A DNA stretch of 64,000 nt, taken from assembly GCA_021735655.1 (NCBI GenBank), contig JAIPGM010000003.1, positions 32,001 to 96,000 of the forward strand, in the 5' to 3' direction. The notes below the pieces were generated by a model. The model did not search any database, was not told where the DNA came from, and saw only the letters and a program-made list of their open reading frames with translations. How positions within the stretch are numbered: the stretch's first letter is position 1; each line of letters opens with the position of its first letter. This DNA is from Candidatus Omnitrophota bacterium (GTDB lineage: Bacteria > Omnitrophota > Gorgyraeia > Duberdicusellales > 4484-171). A program made the position numbers and the translations under genes. Shown here in pieces: positions 9,264 through 17,709 of this stretch.

Positions 9264-10025
9264 ATGAAAGAAAAAAAATCTTTAGAAAGAAAAACTTGTA
9301 TTATAACTGGATCTGGTAAGGGAATTGGAAGAGCAGCCGCAGAGCTTTTTTATAATCATGGGGCTAACTTGGCATTGATTACCAGAGATAAACAAGACTT
9401 GATATCCTTAAGGGACGATGTCGGATTTGACGATGAACGAATTTTTCTAAGCCAGGGAGACGTCTCTGATGAGGAAACGGTTAAAAGATTCATACAAGAA
9501 ACTATAGGAAAATTTAAAAAAATAGATGTTCTTATTAATAATGCCGGTATACGTTTCAGGAAAGATTTTTTAGACACCACGACAGAGGAGTGGGATCAAG
9601 TAATTAATAATAACCTCAATAGCACATATCTTTTTTCTAGGGAAGCAGGGCGAAATATGGTTTCAAGAAAAGAGGGCAAAATTGTTAATATTGTATCGAT
9701 TGTAGGTACGCTTGGATTGCCTCAGCTTTCCGCATACGGAGCATCAAAAGGAGGAGTAATCACGCTTACGAAATGCTTAGCTTTAGAGTGGGCCAAATGC
9801 AATATTAATGTTAACGCTATTGCCCCAGGATTTTGCGAAACATCGTATGTAGAAAAGTTTAGAAAAAAAGAAGAACTATATAAATTTACTATAGAAAGGA
9901 CGCCGCAGAAAAAATGGGGAACTTCTCTTGACATAGCAGAAGCCTGTCTTTTCTTATCCACAGAAGCATCTAAGTATATTACTGGTGAAGTGTTAAATGT
10001 TGATGGTGGTTGGAGTGCTTGGTAA
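9264..10025 (+). CDS. Short-chain dehydrogenase/reductase (SDR, FabG/PtmA-like)
   Basis: TGSGKGIGRAAA (TGxxxGxG), NNAG, and YGASKGG (YxxxK). Confidence 0.8.
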   Translation: MKEKKSLERKTCIITGSGKGIGRAAAELFYNHGANLALITRDKQDLISLRDDVGFDDERIFLSQGDVSDEETVKRFIQETIGKFKKIDVLINNAGIRFRKDFLDTTTEEWDQVINNNLNSTYLFSREAGRNMVSRKEGKIVNIVSIVGTLGLPQLSAYGASKGGVITLTKCLALEWAKCNINVNAIAPGFCETSYVEKFRKKEELYKFTIERTPQKKWGTSLDIAEACLFLSTEASKYITGEVLNVDGGWSAW

Positions 10026-10109
10026 AAATAATAAATTAAGAATAAAAAATGTTTTAAGATAGTAGAAAATTATTGTATTTTGTAATTAATATTGAGACAA
10101 ATATTTAAA

Positions 10110-12260
10110 ATGGGAATGAGGGGTGAGGAGAAAAATAATCAGAGAAGTTATTATATACAAAATCTTACAGTCGCTCCTTGGCTAGTATCGATAGCTCCTT
10201 ATCTAATGCGTAATTTTTTCAAGGGGAATAGAAATATCAAAGTTTATTTTATCGATGCTTCAATATGTGGTTTATGGCTGGCGCGCTTCATGTTATTATT
10301 TTTTGGTCTCAAGCTTAATGAGTTGAAATTTCGTTTGGTTGATGTCCATGATGACGATGGTGTTCTTCTGCATCTACGAGTAGATTATTTTGATTCTACG
10401 GTTGTGCAAAAATATATATTGGAAAGGCCTATTTTCTCGGAGCTGTTTTTAAACAAGCCTGCTAAAAGTAGAATAGCTATGTTTTTGGCAAAACGCATTT
10501 TTGCCTCTGCTAGTAAGCCTGAATCGACATTAGATAGAGCAGTTTATCTCATTCAAGTAGTTAAGCAAAAGTCAAAAGAGTATGTAGCTGAATGCTTGCA
10601 GCCTGTTTTGTTTTTGGACAGAAGGTTGTGGATGAATGAAATTAAAAGATATGCGTGCAAGCATAATATATCTGTTATTGGCGCTAAAAGTTTTAATATC
10701 AATTTTAAATATTTTTTATTAGGGTTTTTGGGACCAAAAATAAATATTTTAAAAAATATCTATTTTTGGTTTTTAAGAATAAAAAGAAGTTTTTGCAGTA
10801 AGTATGGCTGGATTGTTAAAAATAAGAAATCAATTTCAATCGTTATCAGACATAAAAAAAATAATGCAGATAATAGCATTATTGGTAGCCAGGTAAAGCT
10901 TGGGGTTAACTATTATGGTCATCTTAATCTTAATAATCCAGAACTGTATTCGGATTTATTTTTTTTACAGCAGTCAGATTTATCAGGAAAAGATATTTTA
11001 ATCGTATCTAATATGCTGTTTGATCCCATTGATGATAAAAAATTAATGGAGATTGCCAAGCATGATATGAATGTAGTTGCGCTTTCAGCAAAGGCAACTA
11101 ATAGTTTTTCCGTGCCGTTTTTTTACCATTGGCCGAGTCGTAGCTCAAATTCATCGTTTAAGTTTATCTCAAAAAATGCTTATAATGGCGATGAGCGCAG
11201 ATGGTTTCTGCGGCAGATGAGAGACTACTATAAGGATTGTAATTATTGGCAGGATTTTTTTGCAAAGCATAATGTTAAGGCATTTATGACTTGGTATAAG
11301 TATGATGCTTCTCACTGTGTTGTTGCCGATGCCATGCGGAATGTTGGAGGAATAATGGCTGTTTATCAACGCGCCTTTGAGGAATTTCCTTCTTGCAAGA
11401 CAACGATTGCGTCTGATGTTGTGTTTGGTTTTTCGCCTGCAAATGCTGAGATTGAACGTCTTTCCGGTTCACAGATTTCCTACCATATTTCTACAGGTTA
11501 TTATGCTGACTACAGGCTACCTTTGCTAAAGGCGCATGCACAGAGGGTGCGCACATCTCTACAGCAAAGAGGAGCTAAACAAATTATTGCTTATTTTGAT
11601 GAAAATTCCGGAGCTGATTCTCGTTGGCATAATGGGCATGAATCTACAATAGCTAATTATGATTTTTTACTTAAAAAAGTTTTATCTCAAAAATGGTTTG
11701 GTCTTATTTTAAAACCTAAGGTTCCCTCAACGTTAAGATTGAGGCTGGGGCTAACGGCAGACTTACTTAAGGAAGCAGAAGCAACTGGAAGGTGTTTTGT
11801 CTTTGAGGCAGGGGCCTTGCATAGTGCCTACCCTCCCGCTATAGCTGCTCTAGCTTCTGATATCGCCATCCACGGTCATCTGTATGCTGCAACAGCTGGG
11901 CTTGAATCAGCGCTTGCAGGAGTCCCTACTCTTTTACTTGATCGTGAAGGCTGGTCGATTAGTAAATTATACCATTTGGGTTTAGGACGGGTAGTTTTTA
12001 CTGATTGGCAAAGTCTTTGGAAAACATATATTGAATATTGGCAGGATTCCAGGAAGGTGCCAGGCTTCGGCGATTGGTCTTCGATGATAAATGATTTAGA
12101 TCCTTTCAGAGATGGCCGAGCAGCAGAAAGAATAGGTACATACTTGAAGTGGTTGCTTGACGGCTTTAAGCAAGGGCTTAAACGAGAAGATATTATGGCT
12201 TCTGCCGCAGAGCGTTATGCTAGGATTTGGGGAAGTGATAAAATAGCTACACTGGGGTAG
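10110..12260 (+). CDS. Large hypothetical protein (about 715 aa); the C-terminal region resembles GT-B glycosyl/phosphoglycosyl transferases of capsule or teichoic-acid type
   Basis: Long + strand ORF. The start is uncertain: the track gives a TTG at 10092, and the first in-frame ATGs are at 10110 and 10116. The C-terminal segment ...EAGALHSAYPPAIAALASDIAIHGHLYAATAGLESALAGVPTLLLDREGW... looks like a GT-B C-terminal nucleotide-binding fold. An AT-rich 85-bp intergenic precedes it. Confidence 0.3.
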   Translation: MGMRGEEKNNQRSYYIQNLTVAPWLVSIAPYLMRNFFKGNRNIKVYFIDASICGLWLARFMLLFFGLKLNELKFRLVDVHDDDGVLLHLRVDYFDSTVVQKYILERPIFSELFLNKPAKSRIAMFLAKRIFASASKPESTLDRAVYLIQVVKQKSKEYVAECLQPVLFLDRRLWMNEIKRYACKHNISVIGAKSFNINFKYFLLGFLGPKINILKNIYFWFLRIKRSFCSKYGWIVKNKKSISIVIRHKKNNADNSIIGSQVKLGVNYYGHLNLNNPELYSDLFFLQQSDLSGKDILIVSNMLFDPIDDKKLMEIAKHDMNVVALSAKATNSFSVPFFYHWPSRSSNSSFKFISKNAYNGDERRWFLRQMRDYYKDCNYWQDFFAKHNVKAFMTWYKYDASHCVVADAMRNVGGIMAVYQRAFEEFPSCKTTIASDVVFGFSPANAEIERLSGSQISYHISTGYYADYRLPLLKAHAQRVRTSLQQRGAKQIIAYFDENSGADSRWHNGHESTIANYDFLLKKVLSQKWFGLILKPKVPSTLRLRLGLTADLLKEAEATGRCFVFEAGALHSAYPPAIAALASDIAIHGHLYAATAGLESALAGVPTLLLDREGWSISKLYHLGLGRVVFTDWQSLWKTYIEYWQDSRKVPGFGDWSSMINDLDPFRDGRAAERIGTYLKWLLDGFKQGLKREDIMASAAERYARIWGSDKIATLG

Positions 12261-12298
12261 TTATCCAAATGTAACAATAGGTTAGAGAAGATATAACT

Positions 12299-13051
12299 GT
12301 GAATATACAAATTTTTATAAAAAAAGTTAAAAATAAACTGAAAACATTTTGGTTGCAAATAGCTACCTTAAGGAGTGCTAATTTGCGTTGGTTGTTTCGG
12401 AATCGTTATTTGCGTATGGATGCTAATGTAACAACAAATCCGGTTGAGAGAAGGATTTTTCATATTGATCGATATAAATTCGCCGTGAATAAACTTAGAA
12501 AAGTTTATAGCGATACAAGGAATTTACTTATTGTTGATGTTGCTTGTGGTACAGGGTATGGCTCGGATATTTTAAAAAAAGTTAATCCGAAAAAAATAAT
12601 AGGTATTGATATTTGTCCTGAGACAGTTAAATATGCTCAAAAAAAATATGGAACGCATCATTGTATTTTTAATACTAGCGATGCTGTCGAAATGAATATT
12701 ATTAAATCAGGAACTGTCGATGTGGTCGTTTCATTTGAAACCATTGAGCATTTAGAGCAGCCGATAATTTTTTTGAAGAACGTAAAAAGGGTATTGAAGA
12801 ATAAAGGATGCTTAATTATTTCCACACCTAATAGTTGGGGAGAAACAAGAGACCATAGGTTTGATTATGATTATCAATTGCTGAAGACTCACCTTGAACA
12901 ATTCTTCACGATAGACTCTATGTATGTTCAAAATAGCGGAAGTATGAATTTATGGATGAATAGAGGTTTTCAGCGGCGGTTAATTCCAGTGAGTCCCGAT
13001 AACGTTAATGAGGCCGAATGTTTTATAGCCATAGCCAGAAATTATTTTTAA
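12299..13051 (+). CDS. Class I SAM-dependent methyltransferase
   Basis: Motif I LIVDVACGTGYGSDIL, and VVVSFETIEHL as a motif II/post-I region. GTG start at 12299; an alternative ATG lies at 12416. Confidence 0.7.
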   Translation: MNIQIFIKKVKNKLKTFWLQIATLRSANLRWLFRNRYLRMDANVTTNPVERRIFHIDRYKFAVNKLRKVYSDTRNLLIVDVACGTGYGSDILKKVNPKKIIGIDICPETVKYAQKKYGTHHCIFNTSDAVEMNIIKSGTVDVVVSFETIEHLEQPIIFLKNVKRVLKNKGCLIISTPNSWGETRDHRFDYDYQLLKTHLEQFFTIDSMYVQNSGSMNLWMNRGFQRRLIPVSPDNVNEAECFIAIARNYF

Positions 13052-13061
13052 TAGTGTTGTT

Positions 13062-14018
13062 TTGTGCAGAGCGAATAAATTTATGAGAAATAAAATTAAT
13101 TTTTTAAAGGGATATGTCAAAAGGTATGTAGTTGCTGCATATAAACGACAGAAGTTACAGGCAGGTGAGTTTCCCCCCCAGCTATGGATAGAGAATACCA
13201 ATCATTGTAATGCAGCGTGTGTCATGTGTCCTCGTGATAAGCATAATCGGTCGCTTGGTTTTATGGAGTTTTCCCTTTTTGAACGTCTGATTAAGGAAAT
13301 AGCTGTACATAAAAATAATGTTTCAGCTGTTCATATGCATAATTATGGCGAACCGCTTATGGATAAAGAATTAATCAAAAAAGTAAAACTAGCTAAGGAT
13401 TATGGGATAAAACATGTTTATTTTGTTACCAACGCAGCATTGTTGACTAGTGATTTATCAGAAAAGCTAATAGCCTCAGGGCTTGATCAATTTAAAATAA
13501 GTTTTTATGGAACCGATAGACAAACATATAACGCTACAATGAGAGGGCTTGATTTTGATCAAACAATGTCTAATGTTAAGCAATTTTTCCAAATACGAAA
13601 GAAGATGAAGTCCCTTCAACCTAAAGTTATAATTCAATACCTTCCTCAGTCTCACAACAAGGCAGAAATTAGCAAATTTAAAAGTATTTTTGATTCCATG
13701 ATTGATTCTAAATTAGGCGATAGGTTGAATATTTATTCTTTGTTGAATTTCGGGGAAGGGAGAAGTTATAATAACTTTGCCAGAAGAATAGTTAGTTCAA
13801 TATGCAATTATCCGTGGAGGACTATGGTGGTATTGCATGATGGCCGGGTTACGGCTTGCTGTATGGATTATAATGGGGTTTTATCTATGGGAAATGTTAC
13901 TCAGAGCACTATAAAGCAAATATGGAATAACCAAACTTATAAAAAAATCAGAGAGGATTTTAAAAAGCTTGATTACAAAGAATACCAGGTTTGTAGAAAT
14001 TGTGATCTTATTTTTTAG
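13062..14018 (+). CDS. Radical SAM enzyme with SPASM-like C-terminal cysteine cluster
   Basis: CNAACVMCPRD carries the CxxxCxxC 4Fe-4S/SAM motif. Additional C-terminal cysteines (ACCMDYNG ... CRNCD) are consistent with an auxiliary-cluster (SPASM/twitch) domain. Confidence 0.65.
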   Translation: MCRANKFMRNKINFLKGYVKRYVVAAYKRQKLQAGEFPPQLWIENTNHCNAACVMCPRDKHNRSLGFMEFSLFERLIKEIAVHKNNVSAVHMHNYGEPLMDKELIKKVKLAKDYGIKHVYFVTNAALLTSDLSEKLIASGLDQFKISFYGTDRQTYNATMRGLDFDQTMSNVKQFFQIRKKMKSLQPKVIIQYLPQSHNKAEISKFKSIFDSMIDSKLGDRLNIYSLLNFGEGRSYNNFARRIVSSICNYPWRTMVVLHDGRVTACCMDYNGVLSMGNVTQSTIKQIWNNQTYKKIREDFKKLDYKEYQVCRNCDLIF

Positions 14019-14028
14019 GTAAATTTTT

Positions 14029-15828
14029 ATGAGAATAATTTGTTTTTTAAATCCAAAATTAATTAGCAGTCACAAAATTCCCGTTTTTAATAAAAATCGT
14101 TATATTATTTCCTATGATGAGTTTAAACCGCGGGAAGCTATTACTAGAGATAGCAACCTTAAACAAATTATAATTTTTCCAATAACAAATCAAGAGCGGG
14201 CCACTTGCGAAAGAGAGTATATCGCTAATGTTTCAAAATTATCCGAGATTTTTGATTCATTGGAGTGGTGGGCGAATCCAATTTCTGAGAAAAATGAACA
14301 TTCTTCTATACAGTATAAAGATTTGTGTTTATTTTTTTCTTTAATAAAAACTATAGATAAACATAGGGATGAACGATGCGACATTTTGGTTTATGGGGAC
14401 GGTAGTATTTATAATATTCTGAGAAAGCATTATTCGAACAAGGGGATACAGGTAGTATTCATAGGTAGCAAACTCTTTAGAAACATCCAAAGTTTTATAT
14501 ACCAGATACTAAAAATCGTATTATTATTTTTTAAAATTATTTCACGCAAGTTATTTTTGAGGAAAATAGCCAGTAAACTAAGGAAACAATTAAGTAACAA
14601 AAGCTGTTATTATGTAATAAGGACATGGCTTTATAATCAACCAGATGCTAATTTCAGAAATGATGCTTTTTTTGGAAGATTGCCTGAATACGCAGCGAAT
14701 CGAGGCAATAAAGTATTACTGCTAGGTGGAATTATTGATAATTATCGAAAGATTTTGCAAAAAATATTAAAGTCTGATGGTAAAACTATTGTTATTCCGG
14801 AAGAGTATTTTTTAAAATATTCAGATATTTTTAAGTTATTCGTTTATTTTAAATTTAAAATCAGGAAGCTTGATAGCAAAATTATTTTTAAGGGAATTGA
14901 TGTAACAGATTACTATTCTCAAGAGATTTTTAAAGGATTTTGGCAAGACTCATATATTTATAATATTATTCGTTATATGATTGCAAAGCGTTTTGGCGAA
15001 ACTGTTAATTTTAATGTTTTCCTGCAGACTTTTGAAAATTATGCTTGGGAAAAAGTGACCATTAAAGGGATTAAGGCGGCAAGGAGCAATTGTAGGGTAT
15101 TAGGATTTCAGCATGCCTTCGTGTCAAGGAATTCATTTAAGTATTTTCCTGGACAACAGGAATTAGACAGGATTCCTTTACCAGATAAAATTATTACTAT
15201 GGGTGAGAGGACAAAAGAGATTTTGCAAAATTACGGAGCTTATCGCAAAGAACAAATCGTAGTTGGTTGTGCTTTACGCCAACAGTATCTCGATGATTTG
15301 TCTTTTATAGAGAGGCGGCGTTGCAATAAAATACTAGTACCATTGACAATGGTTACTCAGGAGTCAATCAGAATTATTAAGTTTCTTTGCGACTCTAATA
15401 TTTCTAAGACAAATAAAAATATTGTTATTAGGCCTCATCCAGCACGGGATTTTAAATCAGTAAAAGAAAAGATTCCATTTGAAATACCCAGTAATTTTAT
15501 AATTAATAATTGTAAGACGATGAAGGAAGAGTTATCTGATGCAGGTATGGTTTTGTATACTTGGTCAACGATTTCTGCCGAAGCATTAAGATTGGGGTTG
15601 CCGGTAATTTATCTGGATATATTAAGGCCACTTTATGTTGATCCTTTATTTGAATGTGATGCTCTTAAAAGAAAGGTTAGTGAGGCTGATGAGCTTGTGC
15701 CGGCAGTTGACAGCCTTTATGGGATAAGTAATGATGATTTTGAAATTGAACGGAAGATGGCCAGTGAGTATAGTAAAAGTTATTTTTATCCAGTAACAGA
15801 AAGTAATTTAGCACATTTTTTTTCGTAA
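14029..15828 (+). CDS. Large hypothetical protein (599 aa), possibly glycosyl/phosphoglycosyl transferase-like
   Basis: Long ORF in the operon. The C-terminal region ...IVIRPHPARDF...DAGMVLYTWSTISAEALRLGLPVIY... resembles the C-terminal Rossmann half of GT-B enzymes. No definitive motif was identified. Confidence 0.3.
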   Translation: MRIICFLNPKLISSHKIPVFNKNRYIISYDEFKPREAITRDSNLKQIIIFPITNQERATCEREYIANVSKLSEIFDSLEWWANPISEKNEHSSIQYKDLCLFFSLIKTIDKHRDERCDILVYGDGSIYNILRKHYSNKGIQVVFIGSKLFRNIQSFIYQILKIVLLFFKIISRKLFLRKIASKLRKQLSNKSCYYVIRTWLYNQPDANFRNDAFFGRLPEYAANRGNKVLLLGGIIDNYRKILQKILKSDGKTIVIPEEYFLKYSDIFKLFVYFKFKIRKLDSKIIFKGIDVTDYYSQEIFKGFWQDSYIYNIIRYMIAKRFGETVNFNVFLQTFENYAWEKVTIKGIKAARSNCRVLGFQHAFVSRNSFKYFPGQQELDRIPLPDKIITMGERTKEILQNYGAYRKEQIVVGCALRQQYLDDLSFIERRRCNKILVPLTMVTQESIRIIKFLCDSNISKTNKNIVIRPHPARDFKSVKEKIPFEIPSNFIINNCKTMKEELSDAGMVLYTWSTISAEALRLGLPVIYLDILRPLYVDPLFECDALKRKVSEADELVPAVDSLYGISNDDFEIERKMASEYSKSYFYPVTESNLAHFFS

Positions 15829-15852
15829 GTATAAAAAGGAAATTAAGGTTAG

Positions 15853-16737
15853 ATGAAAATACTAATTACAGGGGCAGCGGGCATGCTTGCTGAGGAAGTG
15901 GTATCTAATTTATTAAAGCATGGGCACAAGGTTGTTCAAGCAGACATAAACCAACGTCTTCCAGATATATTAAAAATTAATATTCAAGATCGTGATGGTG
16001 TCATGAGGTTGGTAGAAAAAGAGAGCCCGGATTATATTTTCCATCTTGCTGCTGAGACTGATGTCGATTTATGTGAAGAAGATCCCGATCATGCTTTTAG
16101 AGTGAATAGCCAGGGAACCGAGAATATTGCTCTAGTTTGTTTGGAGCATAAGATACCTTGTCTATATATTAGCACAGGGGCAGTTTTTTCTGGAGTTAAG
16201 CAAGAGCCTTACACAGAGTTCGATACACCTTTACCAGTAAGTGTTTACGGTAGGAGTAAGCTAAAGGGCGAAGAGATAGTTAAAAATACTTTAAATAAAT
16301 ATTTTATAATTCGTGCTGGATGGATGGTTGGTGGTTGGGAACTTGACAAAAAGTTTGTTTATAAGATAGTTCAACAGCTAAAAAAAGGCCAAAAGCAATT
16401 ACGTGTAGTTGCTGATAAATTTGGTTCACCTACCTTTACAAAAGATTTTGCAAATAATCTTATGAGTGTTATTAATAGTAAGCGCTATGGATTGTATCAT
16501 ATGGCAAATACAGGTACATGTTCACGTTATGATATGGCAGTAAAGATAGTTGAATATATGGGGTTGAATGGTCAAGTAACAATTGAGCCTGTTAGCTCTG
16601 AACAATTTCCTTTATCTGCCCCCCGTGCTCGTTCAGAAATGATGCAAAATCACAAGTTGCAATTGTTAGGACTCAACAATATGCCACGTTGGGAAGATTC
16701 TCTCAAAAACTACATTAAAGAGAATAAATGCAGATAA
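15853..16737 (+). CDS. RmlD-like NAD(P)-dependent reductase (dTDP-4-dehydrorhamnose reductase family)
   Basis: ILITGAAGMLA near the N-terminus, catalytic YGRSKLKGE, and FGSPTFTKDFANNL typical of the RmlD substrate-binding family. About 294 aa. Confidence 0.7.
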   Translation: MKILITGAAGMLAEEVVSNLLKHGHKVVQADINQRLPDILKINIQDRDGVMRLVEKESPDYIFHLAAETDVDLCEEDPDHAFRVNSQGTENIALVCLEHKIPCLYISTGAVFSGVKQEPYTEFDTPLPVSVYGRSKLKGEEIVKNTLNKYFIIRAGWMVGGWELDKKFVYKIVQQLKKGQKQLRVVADKFGSPTFTKDFANNLMSVINSKRYGLYHMANTGTCSRYDMAVKIVEYMGLNGQVTIEPVSSEQFPLSAPRARSEMMQNHKLQLLGLNNMPRWEDSLKNYIKENKCR

Positions 16738-16738
16738 A

Positions 16739-17683
16739 ATGACAGAGTCAAAAAAAATAGATATTATTATTCCTGCTTACAATAAAGCAGATTTAACAGT
16801 TAAGGCCATTGATAGCGTATTGCAGCAAACTTACAATAATATAGAAATAATAGTAGTCGATGATGGTTCAACGGATGAAACTAAAAAGTTAATTTCATCC
16901 GTTAAAGATAAAAGCAAGGTAAAGTATATCTATAAAGATAATGGTGGTGCTTGTAGCGCTAGAAATTTAGGTATAAAAGTTTCTCAAGCTCAGTACATCG
17001 GATTTCTCGATTGCGATGATATGTACTTACCTCAAAAGGTGGAATTAAGTCTTGCTTATCTAGAGGATAACCCCGATATTGGGTTTGTTCATACGGCAGC
17101 TTATTTTATAGACGAGAACGACACTATTTTGCGTCAATTTTCTCCTAAGATAAGCACTAAAGTGGGCAAAATTAAAGATAATCTTGTTTTACGTAATTTT
17201 ATTTGTCCATCAACTACGATTATTAGAAAATCGTGCATCGATGAAGTTGGTTACTTTGATGAGTCAATTTTTACTCCGGCAGATTGGGATATGTGGCTAA
17301 GGTTGACAGAAAAATTTAAAGCTAGCTATATTGATATCCCTTTAACTATGTATAGAGTTTCAGATAGCTACATTTTAAGCAATCTAATTCAATCAGAGAA
17401 AGAAGAGCAGATAGTGCTAGATAAGCTATTTGTGAGAAATCTTCAAATTAATGATTTCACTAAAAGCAAAGCAATCTCTAATATGTATCTACGCTCGGCT
17501 ATAAATTACCTAATGACTGGAGATTTGCCTTCATCTAGGAGTAAGTTCCTTGCATCGTTAAGAGAAAACAGATTGAATTTCAAGGCTTTAGCGATGTTCA
17601 TATACTTTACTTTGGCTAAGCAAAACCTAAGAGCAAAAGTGACGAAAAAAATATTCGCTAAAGATTATTTCTCTGACGCATGA
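16739..17683 (+). CDS. Family 2 glycosyltransferase
   Basis: IIIPAYNKADLTVKAIDSVLQQTYNNIEIIVVDDGSTDET and a DCDD (DxD) motif. Confidence 0.8.
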   Translation: MTESKKIDIIIPAYNKADLTVKAIDSVLQQTYNNIEIIVVDDGSTDETKKLISSVKDKSKVKYIYKDNGGACSARNLGIKVSQAQYIGFLDCDDMYLPQKVELSLAYLEDNPDIGFVHTAAYFIDENDTILRQFSPKISTKVGKIKDNLVLRNFICPSTTIIRKSCIDEVGYFDESIFTPADWDMWLRLTEKFKASYIDIPLTMYRVSDSYILSNLIQSEKEEQIVLDKLFVRNLQINDFTKSKAISNMYLRSAINYLMTGDLPSSRSKFLASLRENRLNFKALAMFIYFTLAKQNLRAKVTKKIFAKDYFSDA

Positions 17684-17709
17684 TCAGGAGGATAATTTAA
17701 TTTAACGGT

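Noticed and set aside
10026-10110. AT-rich 85-bp gap as a promoter (TTGTAT ... TAATAT)
   Set aside because: The candidate hexamers have non-functional spacing (8 nt). In a 64%-AT genome, AT-rich hexamers occur by chance. It is kept only as a possible internal promoter region, not called.
13062-14018. rSAM/SPASM enzyme as an anaerobic sulfatase-maturating enzyme acting on the nearby AlkP-superfamily proteins
   Set aside because: The two AlkP-superfamily proteins have NPP-type (Thr/Ser nucleophile) regions and lack the sulfatase C/S-x-P-x-R formylglycine motif. They are also about 24 kb away, so an anSME role is unsupported.
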